From positions 9,184,655-9,248,654 of the forward strand of contig NC_134033.1 in the NCBI RefSeq assembly GCF_964204645.1: a stretch of 64,000 nt of DNA, given 5' to 3'. Numbering within the stretch: position 1 is the stretch's first letter; each line of letters opens with the position of its first letter. The DNA is from Tubulanus polymorphus (lineage: Eukaryota > Animalia > Nemertea). Shown here piece after piece: positions 12,946-26,272 of this stretch. The notes under the pieces are model-generated. The model searched no databases, was not told the origin of the DNA, and was given only the letters and a program-made list of their open reading frames with translations. The translations under genes and the position numbers were made by a program.

Positions 12946-13604
12946 AGGTTCTATCTCATTTTTATTTTACAATTGCGATTGGTATAAAATTCTTTTTTTA
13001 AACGGCCGTTAAGGCTTCATGTTTCGTCTTCAATTCACTGCAAATAGTTACGCAACTACGCACATTTCAGTGTTTTTGGCAGCTGTACATTCAATCGGCA
13101 CCGTTCGTGACAAGCTTCACTGCGGAATTATCATTAATTAACATCGCCATATCACATCATCAACTTATATTGTGCCTTAAAACCCTAACAGCCGAAATAA
13201 TTGAAATGCACACACGATTTCTATCATTGAAAATTGAGAGAGTGGCCGTGTTTGTGTTCTGCTGCTTCGCGTAAATCCCGCACGGTGGCGCAACCGCGCG
13301 GAGTGGGGCCGATACGTCTAGTCCCCAAAAAGAATGTTTAACTTGTTTGCAGTGAGCGTTAAATTTCTCAAGTCAATCAGATATAGAGAATGCTCTCGCT
13401 GACCAGTTAACAGTGCCAAGAAAAGCTTTGATATCAGATATTTTAACGACAAACTGCCGGAGACAAACCTTTAAGGAAATTTAACACTTGTTCTAAAGTT
13501 GAATATAACATTCATGAATCGACGAACTATGGGTACCTGACCAGATAGAAGAAAGTTCTGACCTCGCTGATGGCGCTGTAACTTAACTCTTAGATAAGAA
13601 GTCT

Positions 13605-15768
13605 AAATATAGCTGCATAGCAGCGATAACGGGTTTCTGCCTAATTGGTTCATATTTCGAACTCGGAAGCGTATGAAGATTTCATCGAAATAATTCTAGC
13701 CCATAAAATATGACTATTGCCAAGAAGCGCAACCTGGGTCAACATTATGCTGGATATGTGGATATTAGGAGTCCATTTTGTCAAAGCATCGAAGCAATAC
13801 AGTCCAACTTGTTTATGTCTCAGATGGGGCGCGCGGGGCAGGGCCGTCATTATATTGCTGACTTATCCAAATTACACTTACACAGCGCAACGTTTTTCAG
13901 TGTGTAAACTCCGACGTACTCGGCATTATAGGGCAGTGAGGAATTGAATTTTAGACACCTGAGCCCTTGGCTTGATTCGAGCAAAAGACCTTAAATGACT
14001 TCACAGAATATGATTATGAGTCTAGGGTTTTCTAATTTTTTGAAGAATGCTTTCTCTGGTTTTGAGATCAATTAAAATTCACTCGAATTATCGAATTATG
14101 TGTCGATTGATCCAGACGAAATAATTACAGCTAAATCAACTGACGATCAACAAGGTGGAGTTTTCATTTATCTTCTGATAATTTGTCTACCCCTGATGAT
14201 ACAAGCATTTTGAAACCTCAACGCTTTATCTGCGCGCGTCAATTAGTCAGTCACAGTCGATTTTCATGCCATCTGACCTCTTACCACCTGTAATTAAGCA
14301 ATCTAATGTAAGAATTACTCAGTTATGTAATATAATAGAGGAGTGAAAGAAAGTATAATAAATATTTAAATCGTGCGTTTGTTGTGAAACATCTATTACT
14401 ACTGTCTCGCAGAGCATAGACACCGACCGTTAAGCCATGTGGATTCGGTATTTTAAGGGCTATTCAGTTTGCTCGAAAACAAGTCTCTGGTAAACTTCTA
14501 AAAGCTTCATATCAAGGGTATATCGTAGGACTCTTGTTGCCCGTGAATTATCATCCCATAATAACAATGAATCCAAATCGCATGTACACTAGCACGACTG
14601 ATTACTGATCCAAATATTTAAACATGACATTAGAAAAAAACAATTACACAAAACGTCAAGTACTTACAGCATCTGAGACGCTTAATTTGAAACGTACACT
14701 TGCACACTGTGGTTTAAATATATTCCCACCAGCTGCAAGAATCGGCAAAGGAATTGAAAACCGTAGTGACCAGTTCATTCCACGATTAATAGCTGGAAAG
14801 AAAGTAATCGAAATAAATAGTTGTATAAATAAGTGTAAACCAGTCCCTTCTAACTACTAAGGCTTACCAATGGCTCTACACACTAAATTAAGGGCCTAAA
14901 TCTATTCTAGGCGTATCCCCCAAAAAGCTAGGCATTAGGCAAGTAGGTAGCCAACAATGATCATTGCTTTGCCGAGTACTCATTTGCTATCATTATACTC
15001 ATATCATAGCACCACCCAGTGGAAAGGTAACCTTAACTGCAGTTAGACCAAGAAATCTTGTCTAACATTCCCTGGATAGTGGATTCTCACCTAAAATTGC
15101 ATAAACTCTGCTGTCGTTGTCATCGATCCGAGTCGTCAAGTGAATGCAGAAGTAAAATTCCATAGGAAAATCCCTACCATTCCTGTCCATATTACGTTGA
15201 TTTGAGCCAGAAATCTTCAGGAAATGTAGCCAACGTAAATTGATTTACTAATAGAATTAATCAATTGGCTCATTTTAGGGATCTTAGTTCATTAAAGTCC
15301 TAAAACTCGCCATAAATTTGCGATGAATTTAAGCTGAAAATGATTTCAACCATCCACCATGTTGGCTGCATATTGTCCGCAGTAAATGACGGATCCGGAC
15401 TAATTGTAAGTCTGAATTCGCGATTTACGGTTGAGTTTGACGCTCGAGGTCGTCCGGTAATTTGTAGGCTTTTCGGGATGTACTTTAATCAATGGATGAC
15501 AATGCTGTGCGTTATTCTTGTCGCTGTTTAGACCCGGTAATTACACGGGATTAATTCATAATAAATAACTATACGCAAATTCGAAATGGTCAGGCACTGA
15601 GTTATATTTCTGACAGAAATGAAAATTACGTTTATAAGCTGTTAGTGGTCGAATCTGAGAGGAGTTACATTTTATGAAAACATTTTGGCTGGAAAGTGGA
15701 AAATTTATAATAATAATAATCAACAGAATTACAAGAGGGTTTCTGCGAAAGCAGCAGAAACCCTAATA
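13605..15768 (-). mobile_element. Helentron-associated non-autonomous element (HINE/DINE-1-like), copy 1
   Basis: Subterminal IR gggtttctgc at both ends, 5' hairpin plus (att)n microsatellite, 3' gctgc-tat-gcagc stem-loop and T-tail, no TSD; homologous copies at 35.6-44.1 kb. Confidence 0.8.
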
Positions 15769-15939
15769 AAAGCAATTTGTATCATTATTATCAGTCATAT
15801 TACCGGCAATTCTAGTTTTTACTTGGGTTTGTGCACGGACACGTTCTTTCGCCAGGGGCCGATCTTTACATTTTACAATTAACGATTAAGGAGAGGAATG
15901 TGACCGGTGTATCAATGCGAAAGCAGAATGCCGTAATCT

Positions 15940-17060
15940 CAGGATGATAGAAGAATAGGATTATCAATTAGCATGTTTACAAATTTAGAAAACAAATATT
16001 GTGTCGCACAGACAGGTGGTACAAATAGACCGGGAGCCACGAGACTTTATTCAAACGAACTATGGCAGAAGGTTTGATGATGTCATTTGGTCACTATTAA
16101 TCAGTATGAAATGAAAATGAAAGGCTGCCGAAATACAGTTTGTCCATTTGGGGTTCAGGGTCCTCAAAAAGGGGGTCAAAATATCATATCATTCAAACAT
16201 TCATAACATTCGAGGCATGCCATTGGACATTTGAATAAAATCGAAATTCAGGGGTCTGGCCCCCTTTAACGAGTCTGCCCAAAGCCCTGGACTATCCAAA
16301 ATGTCTGTCTTTAAGGGAAAATGAAGTGTTATGGTTTATGTTCAAATTGCAATCAATTCCAGCCATTCTACTCATAGTTTGAATAAGTGAAACTCGCTGA
16401 CCCCCCTTGACCCTTCTGTCTAAGGCCCTGGACAACAAAAAATTTCTGTCAACAGCAGATATGGGTTTGCGCACACAGTCCACATTAATTGGGCTCAACG
16501 GCAGTCATTCTATCGAAAGTTTGAATGATATGATATTTTGACCCCCTTTTTGAGGATTCTGAACCCCAAATGGACAAAACTGTATTTCGGCAGCCTTTCA
16601 TTTTCATTTCATACTGATTAATAGTGACCAAATGACATCATCAAACCTTCTGCCATAGTTCGTTTGAATAAAGTCTCTTGGCTCCCGGTCTAAAATGCCT
16701 GAGCTCTTTCTGCCTGGAATTGTTTGCAACGTTGTGCCCACCAAACAAAAGGCTAGAAATGCATAGAATAACTTTTTATTCCACGGCACTGAGAATGCAT
16801 CAACTACTTCCACCTGTGAATCCGGTTTATGGGATAAAAACTTTGCAACCTTGTGATTATTCCGGGAGGCAAAAAGATCAATAGATGGCTCACCCTAAAT
16901 TGACACAGCTTTCTCAAAAACACAGGCTCCATTCAGCGTTATTATGGTAAGTATACGACTCATAGTATCTGCCTCCGTGTTTCTTTGGGCTCTGGCAGAT
17001 ACGCAGCTGTTAGCTACACGTGACCCTGAGTAGAATTTCTAGCTATTTTGATCTTGAAAT
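15940..17060 (-). pseudogene. DIRS-type retrotransposon pol remnant (RNase H end and methyltransferase-like domain)
   Basis: PSIDLFASRNNHK, VVDAFSVPWNKKLFYAF, then VPPVCATQYLF..MLIDNPILL on the other side of the MITE. Confidence 0.7.
16026..16692. mobile_element. Long-TIR MITE, Academ-like termini
   Basis: ~170-bp near-perfect TIRs starting TAGACCGGGAGCCA, apparent 3-bp AAA target duplication; interrupts the DIRS frame. Confidence 0.75.
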
Positions 17061-17729
17061 ATGGATTGACCCTGTTACTTATTTGATTGGTGAATTTCGT
17101 TTCTTTTTTGCTTTGATTTAGAGTCCCTTACAATCCCGCCCGCCGGATCGAAACGTGTTTGATTCGGAAATTGGAAATCGAAGAACAGATATAGTTGACG
17201 TGTGATCGGTGGTCGAATTTAAAGATTTTTTTGTTTGGATCGAAGTTCATATTTTGGAACCAAGAGGTATATTTAATTCAAGTAGTTTAGGTAATCATTA
17301 CAGTCAACCTCGGTTAATCCGTAACACTAGCTTTTTAGTACGGATTAAGTGATATACGGATAACAGATCATTCGTAATTGATACAAATTAACTATTACCC
17401 GTATAAACTATGATTTAAGTGCACAATCCGTATAATAGCTGGTTATCTCTCAAACCGTGGCCGTCTACTACAGTAGAATCACGTTCTAACGATCCGTTGG
17501 GGGAATAAAAAGTTCATAGTATCCGATGGTTCATTAGATCCATTGGATATCATTTATACTTGAAAGAAAACACCCCCTGGTGTGACGAAACACAAACCAA
17601 CTGTTTTCATAGGACTATTTGAAGCCATAGTGTGTGTAAAAGTACAGATAACCCGCAGGCCACATCCTTGAGGGCGCTTCATCAAAGGTCTTTTGCTGAT
17701 TGACAGATAATAGCATCTGTACTGAATAT

Positions 17730-18311
17730 TTTAACGACAAAACTCTTCGGCGTAGTTGTCGCTAGGGGAACTAGCTCCTATAAAACGATGATGAAAATCC
17801 GATAAAATATAATCATAAATATCCATATAATATATAATGTTTTTCTTTTAATGTTTGTCTCAGAGAGATCCAAAATCGAGAATGTTGGATTTGGGTCTCC
17901 CTGAGACTTAAGTAGCCCTTGGCTCCACCCCAAAAAACTTGGTGACAGGTAACCTGTGATTGGTCCACAGCCCAAGTTTTCGACAGCTTCTAGTCCTAGT
18001 TAAGATGGCAGTTTGTTGATTACACGTTACTCAATACTATTGTTCCAATAGTGCTGGTAGAGCAGTTTTTATGAAAACCGAGTAGTACGTACTGAGACAG
18101 TTTGTCTGGGTGTGTAAACAAAGAAACTGCCATCTTAACTTTACAAAATGTGGAAATATACAAAATTATGAAAAATATTATTTCATATCATTAAGAAATG
18201 CAATACATAATATTCTCCTATTTGAGCTATCAAAAATGATGCCCAATATATGGTGTTAAATAACTCATTAAATTGATACTTAATAGACATAATAAAAATA
18301 GTATTGTTAAA
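17730..18311 (-). repeat. 3' LTR of element A (582 bp)
   Basis: Matches 31509-32596 apart from a 506-bp indel; ends TTTAAC...GTTAAA. Confidence 0.95.
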
Positions 18312-18425
18312 TCCTCCCCTGCCATGTAGCAGGCTTTTGTCCCCAAAAGCAAAAGGAACCATACCAAACAGGTAGTGTATGTCAGGGAGGTCAATGATGT
18401 ATTAAAGCGAAGCGCTCATGATGGA

Positions 18426-18743
18426 CTAAAGCAAAATGGACGGCGAAGGAAAGTGGGCAGTTAACTGCACATCTAGCCTTTTGGGCAGAAGACACGCTAA
18501 GAGGAATCTCCGTCGAACATTCCAAGATTGACCATTTATAGAACTCGTTACTGTGAAGTCCCGCCACGTGGCTATGAGTTTAGGAAAACAACAAGTACCT
18601 TCAACGGAAATATTTGCAACTTCTGATGGAGCATGCACCTGTAATAAGGCAGGGCACAATTGAAAATTCATGAGTGGGACTTGTACGCAAGTGTAAGTAT
18701 TAGAAAGTTCGGCCACCAAAATTGTATGCGGGGTGTATCGCAA
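18426..18743 (-). pseudogene. env: C-terminal part of element A env, cut off by element B
   Basis: Removing element B and one TSD restores the frame ..YLLYRRLR-YTPHTILVAELSN.. Confidence 0.75.
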
Positions 18744-21700
18744 TGTTACGGCCAGAAAAAGCCAAACTACAAACAAATCTCGGAAGACTGCCATCTACAT
18801 AACACCAACTGCTTTATTAAACAGAACTCAACTGAACTGCTGAATATCAACAGTACGAACATATATATACAGGAAACAACAATAGAAGAATACAGACAGA
18901 GAGTAAAGCTTACAATATTCACAATGAACACTGACATGCGACGAAATAGGAACTTGAAAACCAGTGATGCTAGACAAACATCGAATACGTAACACCCCCC
19001 TTCTTAAAGAAGAACCATAAAGTAGTTATTTACAATTACCATTACTAATTTACGCTCTAGACAACGCATCCGCCACAACATTATTACAACCACGTACATG
19101 TAATATATGAAGATCATACTCCTGTAAGGTTAAACACCATCTCATCAACCTCTTGTTCTTATTCTTCATACTATTTACAAAAGTTAACGGATTATGATCA
19201 GTATAGACAATCACCGGAAAGAGACACATAGTAGTATATACGTTAAAATGTTCTAAAGCAAGTATCAAGGCTAAACATTCTTTCTCAATAGTTGAGTAAT
19301 TTTGTTGCGAAACATCAAATTTTTTGAGAAGTAACAAATTGGATGGTCTATAACACAATCGTCAGCTTGAATTAATACAGCACCTGCACCAATGTCACAG
19401 GCGTCGATCATTAATTTGAATTGCCTACCAAAGTCCGGCGCAATAAGCACTGGTTTATTACTCAACAATCTTTTTACGTTCAAGAACGCCTCATCACGAT
19501 GATTAGTCCACTCAAATTTAACATTCTTCTTCTACAAATCAGTCAATACCGATGTAACCTGGGCAAAGTTCACACAGAATTTTCTATAATAACCCGCCAT
19601 ACCCAGAAATCGCATTAAAGATCGACGATCCTGGGAGGCGGGATAATTAACAATAGCTTCAATTTTTGCATTTACGGGTTTAACTTGCCCATGGCCGACA
19701 ACGTGACCCAAATATATACATTTAGCTTGACCAAAATCACTTTTAATTAGATTTACCGTCAAGTTAGCCTCAGTTAATCTCTCAAATAGGCATCGTAATT
19801 GATACAAGTGTTCATTCCACGTATCAGAAAATACAATTATGTCATCAATATATACAACAACACATATAAGACCTTTAATGACTTGATTCATCAGCCGTTG
19901 AAACGTGGCTGCCGAATTTTTCATCCCAAATGGCATTCTACAGTATTGGAATAAACCATGAGGGGTACAAAAGGCGGATATTTCCCGAGCACGCTGAGAA
20001 AGAGGAACCTGCCAATAACCTTTTGTAAGGTCAAATTTACTGATGTATTTGGCTCTACCGATTCTATCTATCAAATCGTCAATTCTTGGAATTGGGTAAG
20101 AATCAGATTTGGTAACCGAATTAACCTTACGATAGTCCGTACAGAACCGCCACTTACCATTCTGTTTCGGAACTGAAATACAGGGTGAACTCCAATCACT
20201 CGTGCTAGGCTCGGCAATACCCGTCTTTAACATAGCGATAACCTCCTCTTTCATAATTTCAGATTTAACAGGATTCACACGATATGGATGCTGCTTCATT
20301 GGTTTAGCCTCACCAACATCCACATCGTGACAAGCGAGCGTAGTCAAGCCCGGAGTATCTGTAAAGAGATGTTGAAATTCATTTAACAATTGTTTTAAAT
20401 CAGATTTCTCACGAGGCTCCAAGTGATCTAATTTGGCATTAATATTATCCATCACTTTCGAATTTTCAAATAGAAAATCTACATAATTACTCTGACTGTC
20501 ACCACCATTAGAAACTGATCTGCTACAAAACGGTAACGTTTTATCAACTGCACTACCGACATCATCCGCATCCAGTAAATTAGAAGAATGAACAGTATCT
20601 ATACACATATTTATACTACTAGCAGAGTCTTGGTTTCTTTCTAAATAACGTTTCATCATGTTAACATGACAAACCTGACTATCTTTCCTACGGTCAGGAG
20701 TCGCTATCAAATAATTTACATCATTTAATTTTTCGAGTACAATGTAAGGACCTCGAAATTTCGCCTGAAGGCTCGCCCCCTTAAAAGGAAACAATACAAG
20801 AACTTTGTCCCCCGGACTAAATATTCGTTTCCGAGCCTTTTTATCATACCATGTTTTCATAGTCATTTGAGAGTCCTTCAAATATCTACGGGCACTCTCC
20901 CACGCCTTGAATAATCTATTTCTAAAACTAGAAACATACTTCAATAAGTTACAGTCATTCCGTTTTTCATCATTATCAAGTAGAAATCTTTCTTTAAGCA
21001 ATTTAAGCGGACCGCGCACTTCATGCCCAAAAACTAATTCGAAGGGACTAAATCCTAATGACTCTTGGACCGCATCTCTAACGGCAAACAAAAGAAACGG
21101 AACCCCTTCATCCCAATCTTTTTGATTTTCTTCACAGTAAACTGTAAGCATTGTCTTCAACGTTTGATGAAACCTCTCAAGCGCCCCCTGAGATTCAGGA
21201 TGATACGCACTCGAAGTACTTTGTTTAACACCCAGTTGATACATGACCTGTTGAAACACTCCAGAAACAAAATTTGATCCCTGATCAGACTGTATAGTTT
21301 TTGGAAACCCGTATGACGTAAAGAATTTTGTGAGTGCTTTTAATATTGTAGGAGCATTAATTGTACGCAGAGGAATTGCCTCTGGATAGCGAGTTGACTT
21401 GCACATGATCGTCAACAAATACTCATTACCAGATCGAGTTTTTGGTAACTTACCAACACAGTCACAGATAACGTCCGAAAATGGTTCATTAAATGCAGGT
21501 ACAGGTATCAACGGATGTTTGGGTATAGCCTGATTAGGCTTACCACATATTTGGCAATAATGGCATGAGGCACAAAAATTACTCACATCTTTTTTTATGC
21601 CCGGCCAAAAGAAATGTTGCAATACTTTGTTATACGTTTTTGTCACCCCAAGGTGACCTCCTAATGGTTTTTCGTGAGCCAAACGCAAAATATCTTCACG

Positions 21701-24071
21701 ATAAACTGATGGAATGACAATCTGATAATTAACTTTCCATTCAGTAGATGCAGGGACATCAGGTGGGCGAAATTTGCGCATTAGCACACCTGAATCCAAA
21801 AAATAACCACAATGGCTATCAGCAAGATCCTCTTTTGAGGCATAAGCAATAGAAATTAGTTTCTCCAAATCCCTATCACTTTTTTGAAACCTAATTAAGT
21901 TAGAACGTGACACAACATCAAAATCAGAAACAAGAAGAGAATCATCAAATATCTTCGATAAAAACGTGTCACGTAAATGAAAAGAATTCTCTGAATTTTC
22001 ATCATCAATAGATCTTAAGTCATTCTTAGATTCTAAATTTTCAAATCCGCCGCTAGTCTTTTTAGACATAGACCTAGTTACCACACATGACGGAAATAAC
22101 CCAGGAATTTCCTGGTCTAATAACTCAATCTCAAAACTAAGAACAGGGTTCTTAGAAACAAAAGGATTTACCCCAACATTACCACCGGCCAAATCATTTC
22201 CAAGTAACAGAGAGATACCCTGAACTGGCAACGACGGACACACACCCATCTCAAACCAGCCAGACATTAAATCATAATCCAAATATAGTTTATGAATTGG
22301 TACATCGAGAATCTCGGACCCAACACCCCTAAGAAGTACGTTTTTACCGGTATAAGTGTGCTTAGACAATGGTATGGTTCCTTCTAAAATTATGGTTTGT
22401 GACGCGCCAGTATCGCGTAATATCTTGACACTCACCATTGAATTATTTTCACTGAACGATACTTTGCCATCACTTATAAACGGTTCAAACGACCTCTTGT
22501 AGGTAGTTGATGACGAAATTGTTGATTCATCTGACAGTACTGGAGGATGGGGTGTAAGTAAGGCGATCGACCCAGTAGATTCCCGTTTTCTCTTTGCCTG
22601 TAATTTGAAGCACGAAGACATTAAATGTCCAAATTTTTTACAATAATTGCAAATAATGGGTGAATTTTGCCCTTTTAGCTGATAACTAGAAGCTTGACTA
22701 CGAACAGTATCATAAGATTTAACCTTTTTAAAGACCTTATGGGTTAAGGAATAGTCATCAGCAGCTGTAGCTGCCTCATTTAAATCATAAACCTTTTGTT
22801 CATCCAAATAGGTTTTAATTTCCACTGGTACACACTGTTTAAATTCTTCCAAAAGCATTAACTGTCGCAATTTGTCAAAATCGCTTTTAACTAATTTAGA
22901 ATCACACCAGCGAGTGAACAAGGTTTCTTTTTCCCTAGCAAATTCTAAATATGTTTCATTTTCAACCTTTTTACGATCTCTGAACCGTTGCCGATAGGCT
23001 TCTGGAACTAATTCATACGCTTTAAGAATACAAGATTTTACAATTTCATAATCATATGACTGTTCGGATGTAAGCGACGAATACACTTCTTGAGCCTTCC
23101 CAGTTAGAACACTCTGGAGTAGCAAAGTCCAGTTTTCCTGCGGCCAATTTAGATTAAGCGCGACTTTTTCAAAATGCGAAAAATACTTATCTATATTGGA
23201 ATCTTGGAACTTCGGAACCAATCGGATGTGACGTGTAACATCGAAGTGTAGATGATTCGACTATAGACGATTCGTCTGACGACTGGTCTCAACTTCACGA
23301 AGACGAATTTCCATCTCTCTAAGTTGTAGCTCATGTTGCTCCCGCTCACGATCCCTTTCACGATCCCGTTCGCGTTGTCCGGCTTCAAATTCCAGCTCCA
23401 TCTTTCGAATTTCGTAGGCATGGTCAGAAATTGGTTCTACTTCACACTGTTGAAATGAACCCTTCAAAACGAGATAACTGCCTATGACTTCCTTAATGTT
23501 CGATTTTAGCATAGACGATTTAACACCGAGTTCATAAAATGTGGCAACATCCAACAACTCTTTTTTAGTAAAGAGTCCTAAAGCCTCCCTCGTAGGAGAA
23601 CTAATAAAAGTCTCTATCGCAGCCATTTGACTCGTAGAAATGCTATCGGGATCAGGAAAACGGAAAAAATCTCTGCAATACCTCAAACTGAGGAAATCCT
23701 GATTCCGGAGTTCAGTTGAAAAGTTGACAATCGTCGACGACAAAAAGCAGTTCAAAATGTACGAATCTTCCAATTGCAGAACGAAACGGCAAGGTCTCCC
23801 GGACGAGCCCCCAATTTCTGTTACGGCCAGAAAAAGCCAAACTACAAACACAACTCGGAAGACTGCCATCTACATAACACCAACTGCTTTATTAAACAGA
23901 ACTCAACTGAACTGCTGAATATCAACAGTACGAACATATATATATACAGGAAACAACAATAGAAGAATACAGACAGAGATTAAAGCTTACAATATTCACA
24001 ATGAACACTGACATGCGACGAAATAGGAACTTGAAAACCAGTGATGCTAGACAAACATCGAATACGTAACA
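18744..24071 (-). mobile_element. Gmr1-like Gypsy LTR retrotransposon (element B), nested in env
   Basis: TG..CA LTRs 18744-18994 and 23819-24071, TSD CGCAA, tRNA-Pro PBS TGGGGGCTCGTCCGGGA, G-rich PPT. Confidence 0.97.
19050..23626 (-). pseudogene. gag-pol: gag-pol of element B: SCAN-like capsid, CCHC, protease, integrase, RT, RNase H
   Basis: AYELVPEAYRQRFR, CNYCKKFGHLMSSC, LRDTGASQT, H..GHLG..C..C plus SDQGSNF/ALERFH, YIDD, IDACD..YTDH..VADALSR; stops at 23261 and 19532, frameshift near 19320. Confidence 0.93.
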
Positions 24072-26109
24072 CGCAACCGTCGGTACAGAAGATAGATTAT
24101 CACACAAAGCCCTATTATCGTTAGCGTAGTAATGAGAGATGACGTTACGAAGTCAATGATAGTAAAGACGTCATATGAATGTGCACCATAGTTAGGTATC
24201 GGAGTAGTGTAGCGGAATTCTATAGGAAGCACTGCAGCTGATGACGGTTGTAAATTTTGCATCATCGTCAATAAGGCTGCCATTTTGGAAAAACGATGAC
24301 ACATAATGATCATGGAAATTGACAGAATGCCACTCACTGCTAGAGCTGACAATGCCAGTAAATCCTTATTATTTGGCCACGTCTCATCAATTGCAACGTC
24401 TCATCAATTGCAATAGTACCAGCTACCACCGACTCTGAAAGGGATCTAAATATTTTGCTATTGTTTTTGATAGCGGCTGTGACCCGTTTCAAACTAAGAC
24501 TATGTTTTTGGTCATTGGCTATCAAGCTATTCATGGAATTGTTGTAGAAGTTAAAGGAGGGCGGATTTACTTTCAGCGGCTGCGCTGAAGTGAAACTGCT
24601 TGATATCGCTGCGTGCATAGCAGAATCGAAAAATGACTGTATAATAGCTAAATTGGTAGGATGCACTGTAGAAACATTGGAACTTTGGCCACACGAATTT
24701 AAGCGCGCGTTAAATTGAAGTCCAGGTGCGCTGACTTGACTAAGACATGGTATCTTTTTAATACAAAAGTTGCATCCATCAATATGAGTCTGTTAGAGGC
24801 CGCATCTCAAAGTTAGCTGAAGGACCTTATAAATGACATAAGTAGAAGGTTCCAATTCTCTAATTTCTGGTCCAATAGAATTGAGCAGAATGCGAAAATC
24901 AAATAATCTGATCACAGAATGTTTGTCGCCCAGGAATAAAGCGAATAGACAGGATTTCTTAGAGGCAGTGCTGAAAGAAATATATTTTGATGCCTACGCT
25001 TGTATTGGTTAAATTCAACGTCTGAGAGAGAGGTGTAGAATTGACCGTCACTGGCTACAGCGAAGTAGGGTGGTAGGTCATCTAAGTGTGTTGCATGATT
25101 TGATGAATCGTGAACCGGTAGCGGGAGTGTATTAACTTGATATAGGTGTATAGATTCCGTAGAAGAGGTAATCTTGAATTTAAGGGCGATGAATATCTCG
25201 TCTCCCTTTCTAGAAACTATGAAGTTGTCATAATTGTAATAAAAAGTCGGTCGAACCTTCACCAGTGTGAAAGAATTGTATTTCGTCAATAAGATGGCAC
25301 CTATTTGATTCATTGCATCTTTGATCACTTTTAAGGGAATCAGCGTGGGTGACAAGTTACCACGTAGCGACTGTGCTGAGGCGGTTTTGAATTCTGACAA
25401 TTGTAATTCAGCTTCTAGGTTTGCTTCAGCGTACTCCGCATAGAAGCGGTCAATAAGAGTGGAAGCTTCAAGAATATCATTAGCTGATGCTTGAAATTGA
25501 CTATAGAGGTCCGATATGGCCTGGTGATTCGCTTTAATACCCTTAAAGGCATCATTCGTTCTCTGTAGCATGCTTCTAGCATACGAAGTCGTATCTGCTC
25601 CATGTTGACGGAGAGCTACAGTGAGTTGGATGACTGCCGCTGTAAGCCGTTTATATGTTTTGCTAGGAGTTCAACATCGCCAGTCGTGGCTGTACCAAAT
25701 AGTGTCTTAGATAGGCTACCAATGAATCCTAGTGGCGCAAAACGACGACTTCTTGAGTTATTTCTGACGACATGCTCAGGTATGAGCTTGCTGGCGTAAT
25801 CCCTGACGTGCTCAACATGTGTGTTGAGGCGTGTTTGAAGTTCATTAAGATGTATAGCGGTTTTTCGACGCAAAATGCAAGTAGGGGTATTCCCATGGCA
25901 ATCTCCGAATTGAGCCATGTTTAATACTTGCGGCAGCTTGAAAGAAAATGTGTGTAGCCAGAATTCATTTGACTGGCTAACAGTCCCGAATTTTGTGAAG
26001 GTGACACCATAGTTGATTGGCTGGGTAAAAGCGTTGCTTGGTGGTAATACACAAATGACCGTTAACAATGCCAACATCAAATAGTGTGGACGCAATCCTT
26101 GTTTTCCAC
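24072..26109 (-). pseudogene. env: Envelope glycoprotein of baculovirus-F/errantivirus type, frameshifted
   Basis: Signal-like MLALLTVICVLPPSNA, furin site RSRR followed by FAPLGFIGSLSKTLFGTATTGD, heptad-like region, Cys-rich region, C-terminal hydrophobic segments. Confidence 0.85.
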
Positions 26110-26272
26110 CTACATAAAAAGAAGAAGAATATCTATATACATGATACGAAAGATAGGTTCCGACCGGAAACCAATAGCACACGAATAACTATCACGTGTA
26201 AAACATCTTCTCCATAATATAGACTGGTCGTCGAGTACGATGTGGCTAGTTTGAACGGGTCATTATGCAAAG

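Noticed and set aside
13650-15882. Short ORFs recurring at 36.5-37.5 kb and 41.5-44 kb
   Set aside because: Chance frames in non-coding HINE copies; frames not maintained between copies
17778-17975. Duplicated 65-aa ORF (also 32063-32260)
   Set aside because: Lies within the LTRs; the duplication reflects LTR identity and it has no protein motif
23627-23869. Signal-peptide-like N-terminal extension of element B gag (MAVFRVVFVVWLFL)
   Set aside because: Starts inside the LTR and crosses the PBS; the likely start is MAAIETF at 23626, although an extended isoform cannot be excluded
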